Shown piece by piece: positions 34,729 to 44,474 of a DNA stretch of 64,000 bases. Source of the stretch: a virus; IMG/VR virus record IMGVR_UViG_3300037200_000120, positions 34,893-98,892 of that record. One strand, given 5' to 3'. Positions within the stretch are counted from its first letter, which is position 1; every line of letters begins with the position of its first letter. Below the pieces are notes generated by a model. It was not told where the DNA came from. It made no database searches and saw only the letters and a list, made by a program, of their open reading frames with translations. The position numbers were made by a program, and so were the translations under genes.

Positions 34729-34881
34729 TGCACACTCACTCGCACGTTCTCCGCCACGCCCATACCTGCCCGTGTTCGTCCATGACGAGAATCTCGCTCG
34801 GCGAAATCGTCCACGCGAGTCCGCAGCAGCGGCGCATCCCGAACCACGCGCAAAGTTCAGCGCTCATCTTAATCGGGTTTT

Positions 34882-35103
34882 TCAATGCAGCTTCCCCGCT
34901 TCCGCGCGCTCTTCGTCCGTCACTTCGGCCGCAATCCATTTCCCACCCGGGAATGGCCCGGCGACAACACGCAGACATTTGCGGACGCTGACGAATTCCG
35001 CGTCGTCGTCGCCATCAAAAAAATAGTTGGTGATTGGCGCGGTTTCCGAACCGCGCTTGACGACACCGTCGAGAAGATCGACCGAAACCTCGCGTTCGCT
35101 CAT
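34882..35103 (-). CDS. Hypothetical protein
   Basis: Start overlaps the upstream stop (ATGA). Confidence 0.45.
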   Translation of the reverse strand: MSEREVSVDLLDGVVKRGSETAPITNYFFDGDDDAEFVSVRKCLRVVAGPFPGGKWIAAEVTDEERAEAGKLH

Positions 35104-35345
35104 TTCGCGATCTTCGCCATGCTGCGGACGTGCTCAGCGGCTATCTTCTTGACCGTTTTCATCAGCGATGGATTCGCCTTGTGCTCCTCGGCTCGCGCAA
35201 TGGTCCGTAACGCATCCTCAGCCTGATATCGCCGCTCCCGAGCGCGATCCTCTTTTGACGAACGCATCGGCGTGTGCATCATCGGGATATCGGCGAGGGC
35301 GACGATCGCTTTGGTTTTCTTCGAAGCGAGTTTCTTGGCGGCCAT
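35100..35345 (-). CDS. Hypothetical basic protein
   Basis: YQAEDALRTIARAEEHK motif; in operon. Confidence 0.5.
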   Translation of the reverse strand: MAAKKLASKKTKAIVALADIPMMHTPMRSSKEDRARERRYQAEDALRTIARAEEHKANPSLMKTVKKIAAEHVRSMAKIAK

Positions 35346-35593
35346 GGCTTATGTCTCGATCAACGTTCGCTTCGGATCGGCGCCGACATTCTCGGGGCGC
35401 GCTTCGATCTCGTCCATGATCGCCTTCACGCGAGCACGATCCTCCAATACGCTCGGATCGCCATCGTGCATGGCGAGTTGGATGGCGTTCCAATCGGTCA
35501 GGGACATTCTGATCGGCTGCTTGTCTTTCACCAGATCAACCATCTTGTCGCTCGCTCCACGCCGCGGACAATGGAGGAATTTTGCCGTCCATC

Positions 35594-37165
35594 TCAATAC
35601 CCCGTCACGGGCGACCGGCTCTGATAGCCGTCGTCGGCAAAACCGTCTTCGTCAGGATAGGCGCCCTGCATGTCGATGACGGGCTCGGCGAAGGTGAGGA
35701 TAACGCTCGACCACTCGTCGGGCGACGGAACGCCGCGCGACCTCATGTGTTCGCCGGATTCGATCACGAGTCTTTGGTTCATGTCGTAGCCGTAACCAGG
35801 CGCGCACGCATCAGCGTGGAGGCTATCGAGATCAGGGATATCAGCCCCGCCGACGTCAAGCAACCAATCTTTCGACCGCATCCACATTTCGTCGCGGCGC
35901 AGCCGCCCGCCGGGCTTTTTGGTTCCATCGTCGAGAACGATATATTCATTCTGCGGCTTGGACCCGAAATTGACCGCGACGCAAATCCGGGAATAGGGCA
36001 AGCCCCACGAAACCAGAATGTCGAACACCCCAGCGCCGAGGCCCCCGACGTCGATGAAGCAGCGATCCGGACGCATCTCGTCGATTTCCGACTTGACCCA
36101 GTTGGCCCCAGAAACCACGTCGATCTTGTTCTTGGACTGGACGCCGAGGATTTTGCGACCACAGCGATAGGAGATCGAGAAACGGTCGTTGCCGAACCGA
36201 GCCGGATCGACACCCATGACGAGCGGACCGAAGCCGTCCAGTTTGGCTTTCCTAGCGCGAAGAATGTCGACCGGTTTGATGAAACTGTCGTGGCCGGTGG
36301 TCTGGAAGCTCTCCGCCGCCGTCGCGGGGTATTCCTGCTTGAAAAGCATCGGGTCTTTCAGTTCGGCGATCTTGTTGCGGCGCCAAGCCATTTGTTCTTG
36401 GTCAAGGCTGTAAGCCTCGGCGTAGTCGAGTTCTTCGTCGTCCAACTCGAAATCCTCTGGGGCAGGCCGACGATATTCGTCCTGCCAAAACCACGGAACG
36501 AAGATCGGAACGAAATCACTCTTGCCTCGTTCAGCGTCGACCCAATCGGAATGGAACAAGTTGTTCATTCCGTTGGCCGTGCTCTCCTTGATAACCTCAG
36601 TCCCGCGCTCGTCCGGAACGGTCTGCATGATGCCGGCGGAATGCGAGGCCGCAAACTTCCAGAACGCCATCTCCGAAGCGTGCAAAAGTTGGATTGTCGA
36701 CGATCTTCCCACGCCCTGAGAGCCGGCCGTTCCCACCTTGTACCCGCTGTCCAATCCTGGAAACATCAACTCCTTGGCATTCGCGTTGCCGGCCATGGGC
36801 CGCACGAGTTCGGGGCAATGATCATGAAACCGCTGCACCATATCGAACAAGTTTTGTGTCGCCGCATCCTCGTGCGTCAGGATGAAAACCCGCAACCCAC
36901 GCGAATGCGTGATGCGATGATAGAACCGCCCCCCGACGTATGTGGACGTTCCTTGTTGACGACCCTTCAAGATTTGAGCCCGGACGCGGCCCGTATCCCG
37001 CCGCTGAGCCTCAAGCCGCGCGTGGATAAACCGCTGCGCCCTGTTGAACAAGAAGGGAAGCGTCGTTCCGCTCTTGGTCCGTATCTTCAAACACCTCGAC
37101 GCGTAGTGTTCGAGATCGTCCTTGAGGCGCTGGCGGATCGCCCGTTCCTCACTTGAGGGCGGCAA
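35594..37165 (-). CDS. terL: Terminase large subunit
   Basis: ILKGRQQG Walker A; LLHASEMAFW Walker B; ESTANG; GVDPARFGND nuclease motif. Confidence 0.95.
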   Translation of the reverse strand: MPPSSEERAIRQRLKDDLEHYASRCLKIRTKSGTTLPFLFNRAQRFIHARLEAQRRDTGRVRAQILKGRQQGTSTYVGGRFYHRITHSRGLRVFILTHEDAATQNLFDMVQRFHDHCPELVRPMAGNANAKELMFPGLDSGYKVGTAGSQGVGRSSTIQLLHASEMAFWKFAASHSAGIMQTVPDERGTEVIKESTANGMNNLFHSDWVDAERGKSDFVPIFVPWFWQDEYRRPAPEDFELDDEELDYAEAYSLDQEQMAWRRNKIAELKDPMLFKQEYPATAAESFQTTGHDSFIKPVDILRARKAKLDGFGPLVMGVDPARFGNDRFSISYRCGRKILGVQSKNKIDVVSGANWVKSEIDEMRPDRCFIDVGGLGAGVFDILVSWGLPYSRICVAVNFGSKPQNEYIVLDDGTKKPGGRLRRDEMWMRSKDWLLDVGGADIPDLDSLHADACAPGYGYDMNQRLVIESGEHMRSRGVPSPDEWSSVILTFAEPVIDMQGAYPDEDGFADDGYQSRSPVTGY

Positions 37166-37670
37166 GAGCTTCCTCTTGGGATATCGTCACGCGCAACTCG
37201 CCCTTCTCTGTGAACATGCCGAGATGGCGCCCGAGATCGACCAACGCGGCCCGCTTGTCGTGGAACTTAATCCGGATGCCTTCTTTGGTCTGCGCAACCT
37301 CTGAGATCGCCGCAGCGGCGTCGTCGCTGATTTCAGTGGAGTTGAGCAAGCCCACGCCATTGGCGATCTTCGTTCCACCTTCGCCGTCGGGAACCGCGAT
37401 GCCCGAGCCCCAAAACACGGCGCGTCGGATATCGCCGAAGCCGATCTTGGCGAGTTCGGCCACGACCCTCTCGACGGTGACGCCCACTTTCGCGCACGCT
37501 TCGTTCAGGATTTCTTGGACCCGATCTCGAATCCTGTCATTTCCTTTCAGACGCGAGGCATTCCCGTCGTTTTTCGCATAGCCCGCACTGACGTAAGCCT
37601 CAGAACACGGCGTCCCCTTGGCAATTTCCTGTGCGAACTTTTCATGCTTTGAATTTTCAAGAATGGGCAT
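37149..37670 (-). CDS. terS: Terminase small subunit
   Basis: KHEKFAQE...AYVSAGY...ASRL HTH; VVAELAKIGF; IKFHDKRAALVDLGRHLGMF. Confidence 0.9.
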   Translation of the reverse strand: MPILENSKHEKFAQEIAKGTPCSEAYVSAGYAKNDGNASRLKGNDRIRDRVQEILNEACAKVGVTVERVVAELAKIGFGDIRRAVFWGSGIAVPDGEGGTKIANGVGLLNSTEISDDAAAAISEVAQTKEGIRIKFHDKRAALVDLGRHLGMFTEKGELRVTISQEEALAALK

Positions 37671-37768
37671 TTTTCAACGTTCGACCTATTTTTAGTGTCG
37701 ACAAAGATTTCTCTTGCGCGAGTGCCAAATCAGTGCCATAAGAGTGTCACGCACACGGGAGACGCGAA

Positions 37769-37984
37769 ATGCTCATGCAGATCATCACCGAAGCCGCCGC
37801 GATCGAGTACGTGAAGCAACTCGAACTTGAGTGGTACGGCTCGCACAGCGTCAAGCCCTACATCGTGGCTTCGTATCCAGACCGCGAATCGACGGCTGAA
37901 TTCCCAGCCTACACCGTCCGAACCGGCGAGAACTATTGGACAGTCTGGATGGAGCCGGATGGCCACGTCTACGGCGAGTGCTGA
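37769..37984 (+). CDS. Hypothetical protein (plus-strand cassette)
   Basis: RBS GGGAG; promoter-like TTGCGC-17-CATAAG upstream. Confidence 0.55.
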   Translation: MLMQIITEAAAIEYVKQLELEWYGSHSVKPYIVASYPDRESTAEFPAYTVRTGENYWTVWMEPDGHVYGEC

Positions 37985-37993
37985 ACGCCGGGA

Positions 37994-38167
37994 ATGATCA
38001 AGATCGAGAACATCAACCCCCGCGCTCAGAAGCGTGGGCGCCCTCGCATCGAGGAGATGGCCGACACGATTGAAGCGGCCAAACCGTGGATCGCTCTCGG
38101 CATGAGCCGACGCACATGGTATCGTAGGCAACGCGAGAAGGCCGACAAGGAGAAGAACGGGAAATGA
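37994..38167 (+). CDS. Small DNA-binding protein (57 aa, not in ORF track)
   Basis: KRGRPR and KPWIALGMSRRTWYRR HTH-like motif; stop overlaps next ATG. Confidence 0.6.
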   Translation: MIKIENINPRAQKRGRPRIEEMADTIEAAKPWIALGMSRRTWYRRQREKADKEKNGK

Positions 38168-38412
38168 CCGAGATCGAGGAACTACGCGAAGAGAACGAAC
38201 GATTGCGGAATCGCCTCCACAACATCCACCTCGGACGCGATCCGAATTACAACGTAACGCCGGAATGGCGAATTGTCGGCCCTGACGGGGCGATCAAGCG
38301 AGAGGGCGCCCCGGTTCAGTGGCAGACCAAAATCACACTGAACGAGCCAGCGCCGCCAGCCGAACCCGAAAAGCCATACAATCCGTTCGACCCGAAGAAT
38401 TGGGGAGTGTGA
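38164..38412 (+). CDS. Hypothetical protein
   Basis: ATGA coupling to upstream gene. Confidence 0.45.
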   Translation: MTEIEELREENERLRNRLHNIHLGRDPNYNVTPEWRIVGPDGAIKREGAPVQWQTKITLNEPAPPAEPEKPYNPFDPKNWGV

Positions 38413-38551
38413 TGGACAACAACGCTCTCATCATCACCGCAACCACCGTGATATTCTTCGTGTTAATGCTCTTGAATGCGCGCTGCAATGGGTTTGCCAG
38501 ACGCCTAGAAACGCTGGAAACTGACCGCGTTGCTAGAATGCGCGAGAGGCG

Positions 38552-38812
38552 CTAACTCGCCCGCAACCCGTCGATCTGCATATCCGACATCCTCGAATCC
38601 AGAATAGCGGGGGAATGCTGGCGGCAGAACATATCGGATTGGACGACGGGGAATCCCGACCACTCCGCCACGATCCGAGGCCCTTTCGGGTTCCATTCGA
38701 TGATCGGAACCAAAGTCGGCGGATTGAGATGGCAGCGCATGATCCCGCCATTGTCCTTTTGCATTGCGGCGCAGGACGTGCAGGTTTTGGCGCGGATGAT
38801 CGTCGGCGGCAT
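38552..38812 (-). CDS. Small Cys-rich phage protein
   Basis: CxxC...CHLNPP...FPVV...FC.H pattern. Confidence 0.5.
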   Translation of the reverse strand: MPPTIIRAKTCTSCAAMQKDNGGIMRCHLNPPTLVPIIEWNPKGPRIVAEWSGFPVVQSDMFCRQHSPAILDSRMSDMQIDGLRAS

Positions 38813-38993
38813 TAAAACGCCTTCTTGCCCTTATGCCCGAATGCCATGGCGTGCTGTGCGGCGCCGGGGAACGCCACAGCGTCTTTCGCGGGCGTCCGTG
38901 CCAGCAATGGCCGCTTGGCCGGCATTGGCGGCGCAGAGGCCATTGCAGCCCCGCCGGGGAGGGCAATGGGTACAGAGCCTTCGGTGATAGGCA

Positions 38994-39251
38994 TTAGGGA
39001 GTCCTCTGCGCAGTCGACTGACGGGGATTGTCGTGGGCCATTTGGCCGCGCGAGAAGCCGAGTTTTCGATCAGCTACCTTGCGCACGTGTGCAGCCTGCT
39101 CGGCAGTGATATTGCCGACGTGCAGGGCTCGTGTGGCGCCGCTCAGCGCCGAACGGGCGTGAGAGGCGTCGGGCATCGGAAACCTCTTGCCGGGCAAGGC
39201 ATATTCGCTTTGCGGCATTGCCTTGCGCGATTCAGTGCTGAGCTTTGCCAT
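38994..39251 (-). CDS. Conserved small phage protein
   Basis: RKAMPQSEYALPGKRFPMPDASHARSALS motif. Confidence 0.6.
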   Translation of the reverse strand: MAKLSTESRKAMPQSEYALPGKRFPMPDASHARSALSGATRALHVGNITAEQAAHVRKVADRKLGFSRGQMAHDNPRQSTAQRTP

Positions 39252-39273
39252 TGGCGCTACTCCACAGTGACGA

Positions 39274-39603
39274 TTAGATCGTCATATCGCCAGAACGCTT
39301 CTGCATCCCGCCCATGGGCATCTTCTTGCCCGTATCCATCGGCCCGTGGGGGCCATGATCCGGGGCTGCTTGGGCCGGCATCATGCCTTTTGAATGCTTC
39401 ACCGGCATCCCGGCGCCGCGATCCCCATCGCTGAGCATCTTCGCGCTCGGAGGCCCCATGGAGGCGCCCTTGCAGCAATCGATCGGCGCTACGCCGAAGT
39501 TTCCCGTACCCGTTCCGCCACCCATGGAATACCTCGCTCTCGTGCCATTGGAATCCGATAGATCGGCCATATCGACCGACAGTGCGTCCTTTGCCATTTC
39601 CAT
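39274..39603 (-). CDS. Met/Gly-rich hypothetical protein
   Basis: RBS AAGGG before MEMAKD. Confidence 0.5.
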   Translation of the reverse strand: MEMAKDALSVDMADLSDSNGTRARYSMGGGTGTGNFGVAPIDCCKGASMGPPSAKMLSDGDRGAGMPVKHSKGMMPAQAAPDHGPHGPMDTGKKMPMGGMQKRSGDMTI

Positions 39604-39642
39604 GCCCTTTAGTTGTGATCGCCCTTTGCGATCGGCGCCGCC

Positions 39643-39744
39643 CCATGCGGCGAGGCTGTCTTTGCCACGGCTGAAACCGAGAAGCACGCGCGGCCCATAC
39701 TCCGCTCGCACCTGGGCGATGATTTCGGGGCTGGGGGCAGTCAT
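39643..39744 (-). pseudogene. N-terminal fragment of a PP-loop/PAPS-reductase-like gene
   Basis: VLLGFSRGKDSLAAW (SGGKDS-like loop) followed by abrupt loss of similarity. Confidence 0.55.
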
Positions 39745-39947
39745 TTAGCGCTGGCTTTCGCAGCGACTTTTTCCCAAGTTGTCAACGCCTTATCCAACAA
39801 GGCGCGGATAGCGGCAGACTCGCTCGGACACCGCTCGGCGAACCGATAATTCTCGACGCGCTTAAGCAAAGCATCATCGATCGGGGTGATGACGCGCTTA
39901 GGCTTTGCCGACTTTGCGGGTTCTTTGCTCATGCCGCTTTCTGGCAC
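39741..39947 (-). CDS. Ribbon-helix-helix (CopG/Arc-like) regulator
   Basis: RVITPIDDALLKRVENYRF...SESAAIRALLDKAL. Confidence 0.7.
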   Translation of the reverse strand: MPESGMSKEPAKSAKPKRVITPIDDALLKRVENYRFAERCPSESAAIRALLDKALTTWEKVAAKASAK

Positions 39948-40001
39948 GAAGCGAAAAGATTGTCAATCGCATATTTTTCTCAGAAAAAGCGATTTTTTTG
40001 C

Positions 40002-40045
40002 TTGACGCCTTTCCGCATACATGACATAACAGACATACCGAAACG
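40002..40045 (+). promoter_or_regulatory. Sigma70-like promoter with GACATA repeats
   Basis: TTGACG-17-CATAAC; GACATACCGAAACG shared with 42225-42238. Confidence 0.55.
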
Positions 40046-40058
40046 AAAGGCAACGCCG

Positions 40059-40379
40059 ATGACAACCTACAGCAACCCGAGAATGCAAGCCACGATCGAA
40101 AACTGGCCGAGCGGGAAACATCGGGTTACGGCGACTTTCGCGATCGAGGCGGACCCGAAGCGAGGCGAGCGCGCGGTGCGCACCACCACGGGAGCGCCGA
40201 AGAAACTGACTTTCGCGCGCAAGGCGCGGATTGTCGACGGCGACGATGGCCGAACCTACATCGCGGAACTGACCATTTTCGCGCATATTACGATCATGCG
40301 CGGCGATATGAAGTTCCATCACGAAACCATCTTCGCGAGCGACCCGCGCTACGCCGAGTTGCTTGCCCTTTTCGCCTGA
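40059..40379 (+). CDS. Hypothetical protein
   Basis: RBS AAGG, ATG 40059. Confidence 0.6.
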   Translation: MTTYSNPRMQATIENWPSGKHRVTATFAIEADPKRGERAVRTTTGAPKKLTFARKARIVDGDDGRTYIAELTIFAHITIMRGDMKFHHETIFASDPRYAELLALFA

Positions 40380-40401
40380 CGCTCAAACCGGAGCAACGCC
40401 G

Positions 40402-41142
40402 ATGAACAGCTATGAGGCCAAGCAAGAGGCGAAGCGCGAGCGGATACAGGCTCGCGCGGATCGCCTCGCAAAGGAAGCGCAATCCACCTTCGCGCGAGCG
40501 CAGGAACTCGGCTCGATCATTCCATTCGGCCAACCGATTTTGGTAGGCCACCATTCTGAGGGCAGAGACCGGCGCTACAGGGCGAAGATTCGCGCGACCT
40601 ATGAACGCGCCTTCGAAACCGACAAGGCCGCAGGCGAGGCCGCGGCGCGCGCTGCATCGATCGGAACCGGGGGAATATCCTCGGACGACCCTGACGCTAT
40701 CGCAAAGCTCAAAGCCGAACTTGCCGAGCGCGAAGAAAGGCAAGCGACCATGAAAGCCGCTAACAGCGCATGGACGAAAGCCGGCCACAAGATGGGGCGC
40801 CAGACCGATGGGACTTGGATTGACCCGCCGAATCCGGCTTTCCGGCTTTCGAACAATTCCCAAAACATGGCGCGCATTCGCGCTCGGATCGCCACCTTGG
40901 AGCGCAACTCGACGCGCGAGACGAAAGAGCGGGAAACCGCAAGCGGAGTCCGCATTGTCGAGAACGCCGAAGCAAACCGGCTGCAGCTTTTCTTTCCCGG
41001 CAAGCCCGATGCGACGATCCGCGCCGAGTTGAAATCGGCCGGCTTTCGCTGGGCGCCGAGCGAGGGCGCCTGGCAACGCCAGCTAAACCCCAATGCGATT
41101 TATATGGCCAATCATATCCTGGCCAAAGAGGCGCAAAAATAA
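40402..41142 (+). CDS. DUF3560-family protein
   Basis: IPFGQPILVGHHSE signature; C-terminal RLQLFFPGKPD...LKSAGFRWAPS.GAWQR. Confidence 0.8.
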   Translation: MNSYEAKQEAKRERIQARADRLAKEAQSTFARAQELGSIIPFGQPILVGHHSEGRDRRYRAKIRATYERAFETDKAAGEAAARAASIGTGGISSDDPDAIAKLKAELAEREERQATMKAANSAWTKAGHKMGRQTDGTWIDPPNPAFRLSNNSQNMARIRARIATLERNSTRETKERETASGVRIVENAEANRLQLFFPGKPDATIRAELKSAGFRWAPSEGAWQRQLNPNAIYMANHILAKEAQK

Positions 41143-41174
41143 TTCATGCGCCATTGCGCCATTCCGATATGCGC

Positions 41175-41203
41175 TTGACATACCCTATGTCATGTGAGAC
41201 AAA
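41175..41203 (+). promoter_or_regulatory. Promoter with palindromic operator TGACATA-N3-TATGTCA
   Basis: TTGACA at 41175-41180 overlapped by a perfect inverted repeat 41176-41192. Confidence 0.5.
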
Positions 41204-41217
41204 GACATCACGGAATG

Positions 41218-41440
41218 CAAATCCGCTCTCCCACTCGAGCGGCGCCGGAAAAAACCGAAAACGAACTTCGGGCCGGCGCTGGGGAACTTTAGGGGTGTTC
41301 GCCGCCGACCTTGCCCAGGCAAGCTAGGCAGAGGCCCCAAACGGTAGCGGTAACATTCCCCTCGACGGCCCCTAGGCCACGCTGCGAAGCGCGCCAAACG
41401 GGACCGGCTGAGATACGCGCCAGACTCTGACGCGGATTTG
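41218..41440 (+). ncRNA. Candidate structured RNA/leader
   Basis: Closed by CAAATCCGC/GCGGATTTG; several nested stems; no convincing ORF. Confidence 0.35.
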
Positions 41441-41920
41441 AGCCGAGCAATCAAACCGGAGCCGACCCGCTATGTCAAAACATTCGAACAAGGTCACAAA
41501 GACTCGCCGCACGCGCCGCATTCTGAACCGGAGCGACGAGGCGACCAATGTCACCGGCCGACGCCTCGCAATCATCCGCTACGGCGACGGTATTTCCCGC
41601 CAGCAGGTCGAGACCCGCGACCAGCGCTAAGCGACCGCAAGCCCATGGCGCCATTGGAACCGGCGCCATGATCGAGCGATCAAACGAGATAAACCCAGAG
41701 CAACGCCCATGGCCCGCAAGCTCAAGCCCGACCCGCACTACCGAAAGAACCTTATCCGCCGCGCCGCGAGTCTGCCGACCCGCGACCGCGCCCCGCTGAC
41801 GCCTGAGCAAATCGCCCGCGAGCGGCAGGCCCGCGAGGATCGAATGGTTTTGGCCTATGTCGAGGAAGGACTCGGCGGGTAACATTTAATCTACCATAAC
41901 CCATTGAACGGAGCAACTAA

Positions 41921-42164
41921 AATGGAATTCGAAGTTCGCGATGAAGGCACGGCATGGACCGATGCTCCGCGCACCCTCTCTCCCCATGAAGTCCAGCAAA
42001 TGAAAGAGGCTCTACAGTCTCCCCAGCAAGGCCACTTAGCGGGAGGAAGGATTGCGGCGATCCGGCTGCATCGCCAACTCACCAACTCGACGCTGCGCGC
42101 CGCGATTCGGTGTGTTGACCAAATCATTTCTGACGCGAAGCTTCCCTCCTCGACCTCGCCTTAG
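41921..42164 (+). CDS. Small protein resembling the ribosomal L7/L12 C-terminal motif
   Basis: GRIAAIRLHRQLTNSTLRAAIRCVD resembles KIxAIKxxRxxTGxxLKEAKxxVD; start approximate. Confidence 0.4.
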
Positions 42165-42185
42165 AATAATTCATCGACGCTTCAT

Positions 42186-42238
42186 TATGTCACTTGACAT
42201 ATAATATGATATCAGCATATAAGTGACATACCGAAACG
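42186..42238 (+). promoter_or_regulatory. Promoter bracketed by 10-bp inverted repeat
   Basis: TTGACA-18-TATAAG inside TATGTCACTT...AAGTGACATA. Confidence 0.55.
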
Positions 42239-42249
42239 GAGTGACGCAG

Positions 42250-42432
42250 ATGGCCACCGAAACCTTCAAATTTGGCGATAAGGCGACGATTGTTTTCGAG
42301 ATCAACGGGCGCCGGATCGAAAAAACCGGAACGGTTGTCCGGAGTTTCCAGCCCGGCGAAAAGCGCCCCGGAATCGAATGGGGGCATTGCTGGGTTCCGC
42401 TGGCCCGCGCGATTTCAGTAACCCGCGCCTAA
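42250..42432 (+). CDS. Hypothetical protein
   Basis: RBS GGAG, ATG 42250. Confidence 0.5.
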   Translation: MATETFKFGDKATIVFEINGRRIEKTGTVVRSFQPGEKRPGIEWGHCWVPLARAISVTRA

Positions 42433-42599
42433 CCCTCTCGGCGCCCTACGCGGGCGCCCTCCCTCCTCGAACCGGAGAGTAAAGACGATGAACGCCACGC
42501 GCGGACCAGGCGACCGGACTTCATCCGGAGATCGGCGGTCTGCCAGACGGGAATATCCGCGCCTTCGATAGGCGGCCAGTCGTCGAGTTTCATCCGGCT

Positions 42600-42930
42600 C
42601 CTTTACGGCAGAGGCCGGCCCAGAGTGTATGGGCTTTCGAGCGGGCTGGGGCGCAACTCCCGGCTTTCGACGTGAGGCCCTCTCAGTCCTAACCGCATTT
42701 AAGCGGGTCGGTTCTCTTTGAGAGGTTCGTCCGCTCGGCAAGAGACGCCGCCGCTCGAAACTGTACCCTATAGGGAGAGGCTGCCGGCCCGATCATTCTC
42801 TCGCTGCGATCGGGATGACTTGTCGGGTTTTCGTCGGGCCGGCTTGGCCGTCTGCTCTGCTCTGGGGTTTTGTCCATGCGCCCTTTCGGGCGAATCTCTA
42901 CAGCGCTTCGGGCGCGCAACTCCATTAAAG
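42600..42930 (-). ncRNA. Candidate large structured late-leader RNA
   Basis: Nested long-range inverted repeats and GAAA tetraloop downstream of a TTGACC promoter-like site. Confidence 0.4.
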
Positions 42931-42959
42931 CAGTTTCCTACCTTAGCCCGTTAACGGGG

Positions 42960-43868
42960 TCAAGAGCTGCGGCGCCAGTTTTTCCCCTTTGAATAGTGGT
43001 CGGCGAGATTTTCGAGGCCAGCCTTCAGGCGATCGAGCGCCACGGCCCGGCATTGAGGAATATTCAAAGGACCATTGTGAAGCTTTCGTCCAACAGAAAC
43101 CAAGTCCATTTCGTACAAAACCAAGTTATCGACCGCGCCCTGAAACCGAGAGTATATAGACTCTCTAGCATTTGTCCACAAAATAAACTGGTCCCTCTGC
43201 CATTCGTTCTGAAAATATCCGCTAGGGACTTGCGAACCGTTCACGAATGGTTTAGAAAAGTCCATGGCTGAGATCGAATGCTTGCCTGCATTGCTCCATT
43301 CTTCAAAGTATCTCCTGCCGACTTGAGCGAGAAGCGCGTTGGCGAACTTATCCCCAGGCGCGAGAAGATTGCGGTCGCGCAGCATCAGCAACGGCACGTC
43401 CGCCAAGCGGATTCGCTTGCCCTTGATCTCTTGCGTCGCCGGCTTGCCGTCTTCCCCTTGGATTTCGACCTGCTCTTCGAAACTTTCGGTTGCGAACTCG
43501 CCCCCGGCATGTACGAGCCGCTCCGCTGTCGGGGCGTCCGGCGCCGTAGAGCCGCTATTGCGAAAGTCGTGGATGAAACGCCGCTGGTCTTTCACGCGCT
43601 TGCGTACAGCCGCGGCAGGGGCGGCATTGGGCCATCCTGGGTCTACCGGGAGTTGTCGGACGGCGAACGCCTTCCGATCCGCCTCGGATTCGATCCGCTT
43701 CGGGTCCAAGCGAAGAGGTTTCCTCGGCTGCTCGATCTTGCCGGGAAAGGTAGATGCGGGGCGCGGCACCTGGGATTTCGGCAACACATCGGCCTCCGCC
43801 TCCGCCTTGGCGAGGTTCTCTTCACCGTAAGATCCGCCGTAAGATCGATTCGCCATTGCAGCTCCCAT
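42960..43868 (-). CDS. Putative late-gene transcription regulator (Q-like position, DUF6456-like)
   Basis: Last early gene; C-terminal HTH-like ...DRLKAGLENLADHY. Confidence 0.5.
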   Translation of the reverse strand: MGAAMANRSYGGSYGEENLAKAEAEADVLPKSQVPRPASTFPGKIEQPRKPLRLDPKRIESEADRKAFAVRQLPVDPGWPNAAPAAAVRKRVKDQRRFIHDFRNSGSTAPDAPTAERLVHAGGEFATESFEEQVEIQGEDGKPATQEIKGKRIRLADVPLLMLRDRNLLAPGDKFANALLAQVGRRYFEEWSNAGKHSISAMDFSKPFVNGSQVPSGYFQNEWQRDQFILWTNARESIYSRFQGAVDNLVLYEMDLVSVGRKLHNGPLNIPQCRAVALDRLKAGLENLADHYSKGKNWRRSS

Positions 43869-44474
43869 TTCAGGTCTCCAGTTGTCCCGACGCGTTCACG
43901 CTCTCACTCTGGATACCGTTTACGATGAGGCGTGAGGAACTCCTCCATCTCTCCGGAAACCTTGATGGGCGACGTTTTGAACTGCCCGTCCGACATGCTT
44001 ATGCACATCCGGACGTGATTGTTTAGAAACCACCAGTTCTCGCCCGTGTCGTCTTGAAAACAACCGTACCAGACGAGTCGATCGATATGAAGTAGGCGAG
44101 CGCCGGCCCTAGTGGAGTCAGAACGGGCAACGGCGGGTTGAGTTGGACGGGTTGTTCTGGCGTCATGAATTTTCATCTTTCCGCAGCTTGCGGCGCCGGA
44201 TAGAGCCGGCCCAGTTGATCGAGTCCGAGCCCGAGATGCGCCTCGGCGATCGGGATGGGCGGCCCCAACTTGCCTTTGCGCTCGGCCTCGTTGAGCATAT
44301 CCGCGCCTTCGAAGCGGTTTTAGAGCCGCTGCAAGCAAGGGCCGCGCGGACCGCAAATCCAGATAAGCCAGGATTTCCTCACGACCAGGAACTTACCTTC
44401 GCTGAAATTCTCAGTTTTCGCCCATGTTTTCATAGACCATCACCTCCTAATATGCTATCAAACTCAACGAGTTG

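Noticed and set aside
35582-37156. 524-aa plus-strand ORF antisense to terL, and similar long shadow ORFs (e.g. 2048-3664, 8605-9603)
   Set aside because: Typical high-GC shadow frames with Arg-rich or motif-free composition.
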